Of a stretch of 64,000 nt of DNA, positions 56,431-64,000 are shown piece by piece; within the stretch, counting starts at the first letter, position 1, and each line of letters starts with the position of its first letter. The stretch covers positions 576,001 through 640,000 of the forward strand of contig CAVVMW010000010.1 of NCBI GenBank assembly GCA_963749495.1, written 5' to 3'. The stretch is from an uncultured bacterium. GTDB taxonomy: Bacteria; Verrucomicrobiota; Verrucomicrobiia; Limisphaerales; UBA8199. The notes beneath the pieces are model-generated. The model saw nothing but the letters and a program-made list of their open reading frames with translations. It ran no database searches and was not told the origin of the DNA. Made by a program: the position numbers and the translations under genes.

Positions 56431-57459
56431 TTTCATGTGAACCCGGTTAGTGGCGTTGACCAACCTGTCCATCCCTTTGGGCCAATTTGTCGAGCCGGTG
56501 ACCGGCCTATCGTTGGGATAATCAGACCCAGAAGCGAAGGCGTCCCTGGACGCCATAAGCAGCGCACAGCCAATGACCGTCCAAATCCATCGTCGTGATC
56601 CTGTCTTCATATACGAGTACGACGCTTCAGCCGGAGATTTCTTAGAAGCTTCTGAGATATTCAGCGGCTGAACCGTAGGCTTAAGTCCAAACCTTTTGGA
56701 CGCACTGGGGATTGCTCGACACATCAGAGGCTACCATAAGCTGTTCCCGTTCAACGGCAAGCCAAAATCATAACTCAAGACGTTGAAACGACAAACGCGA
56801 CTCCCCAGGCAAAACCACCCAAGCTCCGCGAGTAGCTTCATCGAGGTGAACACGGTGGCGGCCATCACGCTCTCCAGGCGCGGTTCCTGGGCGGTGCTGG
56901 CCGCTGTGGTCTACATGCTCGTAGGACTGGGAGCGCATGAGCACGTCCTCGGTCGAGCCACTCGGCGGCGCTGGCAGCCCTCGCCACTGTGTCCTCAATC
57001 CGGGCCGCCTGGCGGGCGCTGGCCCCACGACCAGTTCAGTCGAGAATAGTTGTTGACAAGAGATTCCGTCGGACGCATCAATCGGGCATGTCGTAGAAAA
57101 TGGACCCCTTGATTCCAGCGAATCGCTGTCGTGGGCAGAAGACCGAGTTTGGGTTTTCCGCTCGCCCGTCCGTTTACCCCGTTGCCGTGCTGGCTGAGGC
57201 ACACGACTCTCCGCTGGCGCCTGCTAACGCCGCCGACCTCCGGGCCGCTCTCGCTGACCTGTCCCAGGTAGCGCTCCCGGCCATTCTCCACATTTGGGCC
57301 AAGAACGCTCGCGACAGTGGGCAACAGTCGGTGCTGGACAAGATCCAAGGCGGTCAGGTCCGAACACCGATTCCAGCAAATTGTGGACGCCCTCGCTCCC
57401 GAATGGGGCGAACGCGTGCTGGTGTTCGCGGAGTGCGGCTCTCTTCCTCCACGCAGGCT

Positions 57460-57650
57460 GGATCACGCTTCGCTGGCCGAGCCCAACGGCACCTCCACCA
57501 CGTTCAGCTACGACCTGGACAATGGCCTTGTACGAAAAACCTACGCCGACGGCAAGGGCTTCTCGTTCCGCTACGCCGCCGCCGTGCTGACCAGCCGCAC
57601 AAACGCCGGGGGCATCACCACCACTTGCACCTTCGACGCCAACCCATAAC
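57460..57650 (+). pseudogene. RHS/YD-repeat fragment
   Basis: PNGTSTTFSYD, TYADG, RTNAGG. Confidence 0.6.
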
Positions 57651-57666
57651 TTAGATTCAATTGCCT

Positions 57667-59946
57667 ATGCAAGAACCAGTCGAACTCAAGAATACCATCC
57701 TCTTTGCGTTGATCAATTATCTCCAGCTTGCAGACATTGACCAAAAACTCCTCGATACGGGTATTGCCAGGGAAATCGAAGGTAAATTGGTCCTTCCGGT
57801 CCGCCGCTTGGACGAATTCTACTGTCGCCATAAAGCTCGGGAAGAACGTGACAGAAAAGAGCACTCCAACGAGGAAGACCACAACAATAAAGGACTGCCG
57901 ATCCTCACCCTTCGCGGCGCCCAAAGCGTTGCCATGAGCTTTGACCTCTATCTGCGCCGCCAGGAACATAGCCGTGTCCACGAGTCAGGAGTTTTCGTTA
58001 TTCCCAATTCCGATTACGCCGTAGAAGTGGTCGCGAATCCGCGAAAGCCAGTGGCCCCAGATATTTTCGCTTCTGACCAGGATGCGCTTCGCGAGCAGAT
58101 CAAATTCATCTCGATCCTCAATCACCTCACGCAAGCTGGCAAAGAGAATCTCTTTAATAAATTCCTTGGTTTTCCGGATTTGATCTATTACGTGGCAATC
58201 CGCAAAGTTCGTGAGATTTACAGGGATAAGGACGGCCAAGGCCAGAATGATGTGCTAGTAATGGGAGACAAGCCCACCGCGGCTACTTTTGACCTTTTTC
58301 GCGAAAGGCTCCGTGAAGTGATTAAACAAATGACTCCTCAATATCCTTTTGTTCCTCAGGATGACAAAGTCTTCATCGGTCGCCTAAAAGGTGATGTCGA
58401 TAATTTCGTCGCCCTCAATGACCTAATGATTGAGCTTCTCCATCAGGCCATGGATCGTGCTTCGATCTCCCGCGAAGATGCGAATATTCTGCTGTTCCTC
58501 CAACAAGTTGGTGTCGGCGTCGTCAGCGAGGAAGTGGCGAGGGACATCAAGGCGCAGACCTACTATGTCAGCCTCGGAGCGTACAAGTATGGTCTTCAGT
58601 TTAATCCGGGACGTGCCAAGAGAAGTGGCCAGTTCAAGGAGGCTAGGGTTGGTAGGCAACCCGAGTCAATCGTTTCGGAGTCGTACGTGCGAGATTTTTT
58701 GCCACTTCAGCGGCATTTGCGGGCTGATAATCCACGTGACGGAATCTGGGTGCGCGAGCTTGCGAATCCATATCCACACCGCCGAGGTAGTAAGAACAGC
58801 GTCTACGATCCGATCCAGGGGCAGGTTGTCAACGTGGCAGACCTTGAAAGTCAGTTGCGAATCCTACGGGAAAACACACCGCCTGGAGAGCCGAGCCGGT
58901 ATCGGGCCTTCTTCAACGGACCCTTTGCAGGATATACGATTTCTCATCTTCACTACCAGGGTTTCCTGGGAGAGACCGTGATGGAAGTCGCTCTACAGCA
59001 GGACGAAGCGCTGGAATTCCTGGGCATTGACCAGAACCAGGTGAGACACTACAAGGTGAATCGGCGCTTCTTTGAAAACAAGGCCGGATTTCCGCTGCGC
59101 TCGACTCTGTTGGTCGAAGGCAGGGAACCTGAAGGCGTTGCGCAGGCCGTTATGGAGGTTTTGAAACACGCAAATCAGGACAGTTCTCTTCCTATCACAG
59201 GAAAATCTAGATTTACCTACAATCTTCTTCTTTGTGATGATGATGACTTTGCGCGTGTATATATCATGATTAAGAGATTGGTCCTCAACCGGTTTTCGCC
59301 AGAGGGTTTGACCGAGCCGAATGTGCTTGTATTCTCAAACGAGGGAGCGCTCAAAGGTGAGGTTGAGGAGTTGAAGAAGCAACTAGAGTCAGTGTCGAGT
59401 TCCCTTGAGAAGCTTAGGGTTGGTCGAGAAGAAGACAAGTCTAAGAATGGAGTACACGGCGAAGCTGGGAATAGAGTGGGTCCCAACGCGGACTTGCTGC
59501 GCAAGGAGTACGATAGGTTAGTTAGCGAAGGAGTGTCTAAGGGAATTGTTCTTTACGAAGGAAGACCTGCCACCGTTGAGATGGCTGACTTGTTGATTTT
59601 CGGCAAACCAAGCCATGGAACAGTTTTTCGGAAGATCATGGAGAACTCGACCTTGCAGAGGTGGGTCATCGACGAGGTGTTTAGGCAGTGTGAGTATCCT
59701 CAGGAATCGTTTGAGGCACTGGTTGCAAATGTAGTGAAGTCGTTGTCGAAAGCCATGGCCGGATATGTCCCCGCCGAACGGAAGGTGGGGCAGGAAATGG
59801 TGGGGCCAACGGAGGCGGCTCAGTCTTTGCTCTTGGCTGGAGATGTCCGCGCTCAAGAGAGCGCGGCCCCATTGAAGCTACGACCAGATGGCCGAGTGCG
59901 GGGGCGTGTTCGACATATCCGCGCTCGAAAGAGTGCTGCGCCATGA
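57667..59946 (+). CDS. DUF4922/HIT-like nucleotide phosphorylase with a long N-terminal extension
   Basis: LQFNPGR, LANPYP, FFNGPFAG...HLHYQ (HxHxQ); lower GC than the flanks. Confidence 0.65.
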   Translation: MQEPVELKNTILFALINYLQLADIDQKLLDTGIAREIEGKLVLPVRRLDEFYCRHKAREERDRKEHSNEEDHNNKGLPILTLRGAQSVAMSFDLYLRRQEHSRVHESGVFVIPNSDYAVEVVANPRKPVAPDIFASDQDALREQIKFISILNHLTQAGKENLFNKFLGFPDLIYYVAIRKVREIYRDKDGQGQNDVLVMGDKPTAATFDLFRERLREVIKQMTPQYPFVPQDDKVFIGRLKGDVDNFVALNDLMIELLHQAMDRASISREDANILLFLQQVGVGVVSEEVARDIKAQTYYVSLGAYKYGLQFNPGRAKRSGQFKEARVGRQPESIVSESYVRDFLPLQRHLRADNPRDGIWVRELANPYPHRRGSKNSVYDPIQGQVVNVADLESQLRILRENTPPGEPSRYRAFFNGPFAGYTISHLHYQGFLGETVMEVALQQDEALEFLGIDQNQVRHYKVNRRFFENKAGFPLRSTLLVEGREPEGVAQAVMEVLKHANQDSSLPITGKSRFTYNLLLCDDDDFARVYIMIKRLVLNRFSPEGLTEPNVLVFSNEGALKGEVEELKKQLESVSSSLEKLRVGREEDKSKNGVHGEAGNRVGPNADLLRKEYDRLVSEGVSKGIVLYEGRPATVEMADLLIFGKPSHGTVFRKIMENSTLQRWVIDEVFRQCEYPQESFEALVANVVKSLSKAMAGYVPAERKVGQEMVGPTEAAQSLLLAGDVRAQESAAPLKLRPDGRVRGRVRHIRARKSAAP

Positions 59947-59950
59947 ATGC
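59843..59950 (+). CRISPR. Orphan CRISPR remnant: 36-bp repeat, 36-bp spacer, degenerate 36-bp repeat (type I-G/I-U-like)
   Basis: atgtccgcgctcaagagagcgcggccccattgaagc / tacgaccagatggccgagtgcgggggcgtgttcgac / atatccgcgctcgaaagagtgctgcgccatgaatgc. Confidence 0.7.
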
Positions 59951-60310
59951 GTTTGCGCCGCTGAAGGCGCTCCTTGTTCGTGGCCTCGCGCCAAGGTTTG
60001 ACCTAGCTTCCGACCAGGTGCGTTGGGTTATCCACGAACGTCAGACGGCACCGTTTTTCGACCCGTGAAACTCGGTCCTTGAACAGGGCCTGGCCAACTC
60101 AGGCCTGGACCAGCGCCCGGCGCGTCGTCGTGGGGATGTCGCCCTGAAGTATATGGCGCTGCTCAATCTCCTCCCACTCCAGTCGGCCGACCAGCTCACG
60201 CTCGACCTAAATGGACGACGAGTCCTGAAAAGTCCTCGCGCTGAAGGTCGCGCTCTCTCCCACGAGGCCAACGACAACTTGGGCAAGCGCATCCGAAATC
60301 GAGGTCAGGT

Positions 60311-61989
60311 GGGTCCCCCGCACAATTTGTGGGTGAAACATCTGGACACGTGTTCAGTTCGGAGGGTTGACGTTGGTGAGTTGGGCGGTCGTGGAACATC
60401 CCGCGGCACGCTCCGCGACGAATCGAGCGGCCTAACGGCCGGAGAAGGACTTCAAGCAATTCCGGCGCGGCCAGGGTATGGCTCCGGGCGGGGCTGTCAA
60501 GGTATTGCTCGCCACGTGCCCTCGTGCCCTGCTGCGCTCCACCTTGACAGCCCCGCCCTCCGCCATGATGCGCCGCTAAGGAATTGCTGGTGAAGGTGTG
60601 CTTGGCTCGGAGGGCTGCCCAGCGCCACAAAGCGATAGCTGATCTGCCTGGCTTGCGGTAGCCTGCGAGATGTGAAAAGCACGCCCGCCACCGAGCGGCA
60701 GACCAGCTATGCAATTGAAGGTTAAGACGGTTCTCAACGACATTCAACACTTTGTGGGCTTCGTTTACCAGGACATCCGCTTGTGCCGGGACCGCCGAGG
60801 CCGTGGCCAGCGGCTCGAGATCACCCTCCAACCCCATGGCGGCATTCCCGCCAAGTGCTCCCGGTGCCTGCAGCCAGTCCCCGGCTATGATCAGTTGCCC
60901 CAGCGGTCCTGGCTGTTTCCGCCGATGTGGGGCGTCAAGACCTATTTCCTCTACCCCCCGCGGCGGGTCAATTGTCCGCAGGACGGGGTGGTCGTCGAGC
61001 ATATCCCCTGGAGCCAGGGCAAGCGGCCGGTGACGACGGCGATGATGGGCCTCTTGGCCCGGTGGGCCCGGCGGCTGTCCTGGAAGGAAACCGCCCAGGC
61101 CTTCCACACCAGTTGGGAGGCCGTCTACCGTTCGGTGCAGTGGTTCGTCCAATGGGGTTTGGAGCACCGGCGCCTGGAGGGTGTGGAGGCCATCGGAGTG
61201 GACGAGATCCATTGGGGCAAGGGCCAGAAGGCCGACAACTTCCTGACGGTGATTTACCAGATTGACCCCCACTGTCGGCGCTTGCTGTGGCTGGGTCGGC
61301 GGCGCACTCAAGCCACGTTGCGGCGGGGCTTGGCAGAATTGGGAGCCCCGGTGGTCAGCGCTCTGAAGTATGTGTGCAGCGACATGTGGAAGCCCTACCT
61401 GAAGGTGATCGCGGCCAAGATACCGCAGGCGCTCAACGTGCTGGACCGCTTTCATATCGTGGGGCACCTCAACGAGGCGGTGGACGAGGTGCGCCGGGGC
61501 GAGCAGTCGCGCTTGCACGGCCGGCCCCTGGCTCAGCGGCTCAAGGGCATGCGCTGGCAGTTGTTGCGCCGGGGCAGCCGGGTGCGGGGCCGTGCCCGCT
61601 CCAAGCTCAACGCCCTGTTGGCCAGCAAGCTGGCGACGGCACGGGCCTGGAACCTCAAGGAGAGCTTCGACTACCTTTGGCACTACCGTTCTCCGATCTA
61701 TGTGGTGGCCTATCTGGGTTATTGGTGCGCTCGAGCCATGCGCAGCCGGCTCGAACCAATGAAGAAGGTGGCCCGGATGCTGCGCGCCCATGAGCCGTTG
61801 ATCTTGAATTGGTTCGAGGCCAAAGGTGAGCTCTCCAGCGCCGCCGTCGAGGGCCTGAACAACAAGATTCGAGTGGTAACCAGACGATCTTACGGCTTCC
61901 GCACCTATCCAGCCATGGAATTGGCCCTGTATCATTGCCTTGGCCGCTTACCTGAGCCTCGACTTACCCATACATTCTGCTGACCAGTC
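60311..61989 (+). mobile_element. Complete ISL3-family element with 8-bp TSD
   Basis: TSD ggtcaggt at 60303..60310 and 61990..61997; imperfect terminal inverted repeats. Confidence 0.9.
60709..61983 (+). CDS. ISL3 transposase
   Basis: [25 protein letters not shown]...RRSYGFR. Confidence 0.95.
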   Translation: MQLKVKTVLNDIQHFVGFVYQDIRLCRDRRGRGQRLEITLQPHGGIPAKCSRCLQPVPGYDQLPQRSWLFPPMWGVKTYFLYPPRRVNCPQDGVVVEHIPWSQGKRPVTTAMMGLLARWARRLSWKETAQAFHTSWEAVYRSVQWFVQWGLEHRRLEGVEAIGVDEIHWGKGQKADNFLTVIYQIDPHCRRLLWLGRRRTQATLRRGLAELGAPVVSALKYVCSDMWKPYLKVIAAKIPQALNVLDRFHIVGHLNEAVDEVRRGEQSRLHGRPLAQRLKGMRWQLLRRGSRVRGRARSKLNALLASKLATARAWNLKESFDYLWHYRSPIYVVAYLGYWCARAMRSRLEPMKKVARMLRAHEPLILNWFEAKGELSSAAVEGLNNKIRVVTRRSYGFRTYPAMELALYHCLGRLPEPRLTHTFC

Positions 61990-62139
61990 GGTCAGGTAAA
62001 CATGCTGAAGGCCGTCCCCCGTCGAGTGGAGTGGTGCAAATTGTTCACGTTCGAGCAGGGGGAGAAGCACCGGCAGATGGTCCTTGGGGCGAACGAGGCG
62101 AGAAAATCGTTGAAACCGGACATCCATGCGCGCTGCGCC

Positions 62140-62370
62140 GGGCACCTGTAGGCGGGCCACAGGCAGAACCAAGCGCCCTGGCATGGATGCCGCTTTACGC
62201 GCCAGGTCGATGAAAACGGCCTGAGTCACATCCTGGGCCAGGCGCGCGTCGCCGCCCACTTGCCTCAGGGCCGCAGAATAAACGAGGTCCACGTAGCGCT
62301 TCACCAGCTCGGTGAAGGCTGCCTCACAACGGCTGGCGGCGTAACGCTGGAGCAATTCGCGGTCGTTCAT
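62140..62370 (-). pseudogene. ECF sigma factor N-terminal fragment
   Basis: MNDRELL..YA....[22 protein letters not shown]...AQDVTQAVF. Confidence 0.8.
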
Positions 62371-62642
62371 GACTTCCACAATGTAGCACCCGCCAAAAAG
62401 ACAAACCGGACAGACAATGATGACGATGACCTGGCCGGCAAGCTGGCCAGTCAGGCAGATACTGAAAATCCAGCCCGCTCAGGCATGTGGCCCTCCGAGG
62501 GTCCGTTGTTGCGGCAGGGAGGACGAGGCCCGGCAGCGCCCTCAAAGGAGCATCAGGGCAGCCGGTCCTCGATGCGGTTGCCGGTAACCCTGGCTTGCGG
62601 CAGCAGTGAGCTTGAAGGAAACTCCAGGCACAACTTGAGCAA

Positions 62643-63392
62643 ATGGCCGTTCGAGACATCTTGCTGCTGGGAACCCCGCTGTTGAACCAGCCGTCCACGC
62701 CGGTTCAAGAGTCCGATCTGTCCGCCGTGACTGCCGTAGGCGTGGATCTCCACGATACCCTGATGGACTTTCGGGCAAAGCACGGCTGGGGCCGGGCCAT
62801 CGCCGCGCCCCAGATTGGTGTGCTCAGGCGGATCGTTTACCTGCGCATCGACCGGCCATGGCTCATCATCAATCCAGCGATGGACGGACTGAGCGAGAAG
62901 ATGGTGGAGCTGTGGGACGACTGCATGAGTTTTCCCGACTTGCTGGTGCGCGTGAAGCGCCATTCCGGTTTCACGCTGGCCTACCGCGATGAACATTGGG
63001 TCGAGCACACCCTGACCGTCGAGGGCGTCTTGTCGGAACTGCTGCAACACGAGCTCGACCATCTTGCCGGGGTGCTCGCGGTTTCCAGGGCCGTCGACGG
63101 CGCGTCGTTCGCGCTTCGAAGTCAGAGACACCTGCTCATCGGAGCGCCTGCTCTGGGGCACCATCCGCCTGGTTCTCGACCTTCAGCCCGGCCATACCAC
63201 GAAAACTACGACGCGGCGGTTCTAGCCCTTGGCCGTGCTGACTTCCCTGGCGGCTGGGCCAGCTTCGCCGGAACGGCCATGGCTACCGCCTGCCGGATAG
63301 CCACTTCCATCGTTCCGGGCAGTTCTTCATCGTGGCGCTGCATGGCCCGAGATCGGCACGCGCCTTTTGACAGGATGCGGGGCGAGGCGTAA
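62643..63392 (+). CDS. def: Peptide deformylase (variant motifs; C-terminus probably extended by read-through)
   Basis: GRAIAAPQIG, DDCMSFP, QHELDHL.G. Confidence 0.85.
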   Translation: MAVRDILLLGTPLLNQPSTPVQESDLSAVTAVGVDLHDTLMDFRAKHGWGRAIAAPQIGVLRRIVYLRIDRPWLIINPAMDGLSEKMVELWDDCMSFPDLLVRVKRHSGFTLAYRDEHWVEHTLTVEGVLSELLQHELDHLAGVLAVSRAVDGASFALRSQRHLLIGAPALGHHPPGSRPSARPYHENYDAAVLALGRADFPGGWASFAGTAMATACRIATSIVPGSSSSWRCMARDRHAPFDRMRGEA

Positions 63393-63400
63393 ACACCGGT

Positions 63401-63886
63401 ATGAGCGACGACGGCTTTTCATCTGGTCCCTGGGTGGGGTTCTACAACTCCGGGCCGGGCGATAGGCACCGCATGGACCTGCGTCTCGACTTCGGCGTTG
63501 GTTCCATAAGCGGTGACGGCAACGACAACGTTGGCCGATTCCTCATTCGTGGGACATACGATTCCGTGAACCGGGAGTGCTACTGGACCAAGACTTACCC
63601 TGGCTCACATGACGTGTATTACCGGGGTTTTCGAGAAGGCAAGGGCATCTGGGGAACCTGGGAGATCGGGATCTTCGCCCACGGCGGTTTTCACATCTGG
63701 CCCAAAGGCGAGCATGATCCTGAAACGGAGACCGTAGGAGCGGAGGCTTTGGTGGTAGGGTTTCTTCTTCATGGTGTGGCCTCGAACCTGCACCGGCTTA
63801 AGGTGTCCGTGAACTCGATGGGAACGGCCCAAGAAAAACACCGAAAAGACTCACCGTTTGTCGAACTCATATTCCAGCGTTTGTAA
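63401..63886 (+). CDS. Hypothetical protein
   Basis: SGPWVGFY, G.G.D.VG.F...G, K.Y...H.V.Y.G, WGTW. Confidence 0.6.
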   Translation: MSDDGFSSGPWVGFYNSGPGDRHRMDLRLDFGVGSISGDGNDNVGRFLIRGTYDSVNRECYWTKTYPGSHDVYYRGFREGKGIWGTWEIGIFAHGGFHIWPKGEHDPETETVGAEALVVGFLLHGVASNLHRLKVSVNSMGTAQEKHRKDSPFVELIFQRL

Positions 63887-64000
63887 TGGTTGAGATTGAA
63901 TCCTGATCGAGGCGAAAATGCAATCTCGGATTACCAGACCGAGCCAGAGGAACGTGTCCGGGCCGATAGCGCGGAGCACTTGAAGCAGTTGCTCAAGGCC

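Larger units (their letters stand above)
59951..62130 (-). pseudogene. HNH endonuclease pseudogene split by ISL3, with three in-frame stops
   Basis: [17 protein letters not shown]...ALVQA*VGQALFKDRV...CRLT...HLVGS*VKPWR...ERL reads across the IS. Confidence 0.75.

Noticed and set aside
364..63164. Numerous long antisense and overlapping ORFs (e.g. 364..1638, 3341..4993, 38556..39911, 60196..61935)
   Set aside because: Shadow frames of GC-rich genes with no recognisable motifs
1..64000. tRNA, rRNA or cas genes
   Set aside because: None recognised in the window

Overview
GC-rich bacterial DNA whose gene content (ECF sigma factor fused to a membrane domain, prepilin-type/DUF1559-like gene, PQQ-type propeller, many secreted proteins ending in an F[YF]R motif) suggests a large-genome Verrucomicrobia-like soil or sediment organism; the taxonomy is inference. 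1-10 kb is a cluster of secreted surface proteins plus an outer-membrane beta-barrel. 10-41 kb holds propeller proteins, a truncated DNA methyltransferase, carbohydrate-active enzymes, a patchwork of fused gene fragments, a restriction-system remnant and several MITE/REP families. At 41.26-42.08 kb an ORF-less, structurally unusual group II intron-like RNA is inserted into a REP arm. 42-47.5 kb is a decayed phage-satellite/ICE-like module (MarR, XRE, AlpA-like, DUF3987). 47.6-57.6 kb contains gene shards and stacked IS elements (IS4-like with 11-bp TSD, DUF4338/ISKra4-like, IS66). 57.7-62.4 kb carries a DUF4922/HIT-like gene that runs into an orphan one-spacer CRISPR remnant, then an HNH pseudogene split by ISL3. 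Many single-base frameshifts fall in short homopolymers and are probably sequencing errors. All family assignments come from motif recognition by eye, not from database searches.
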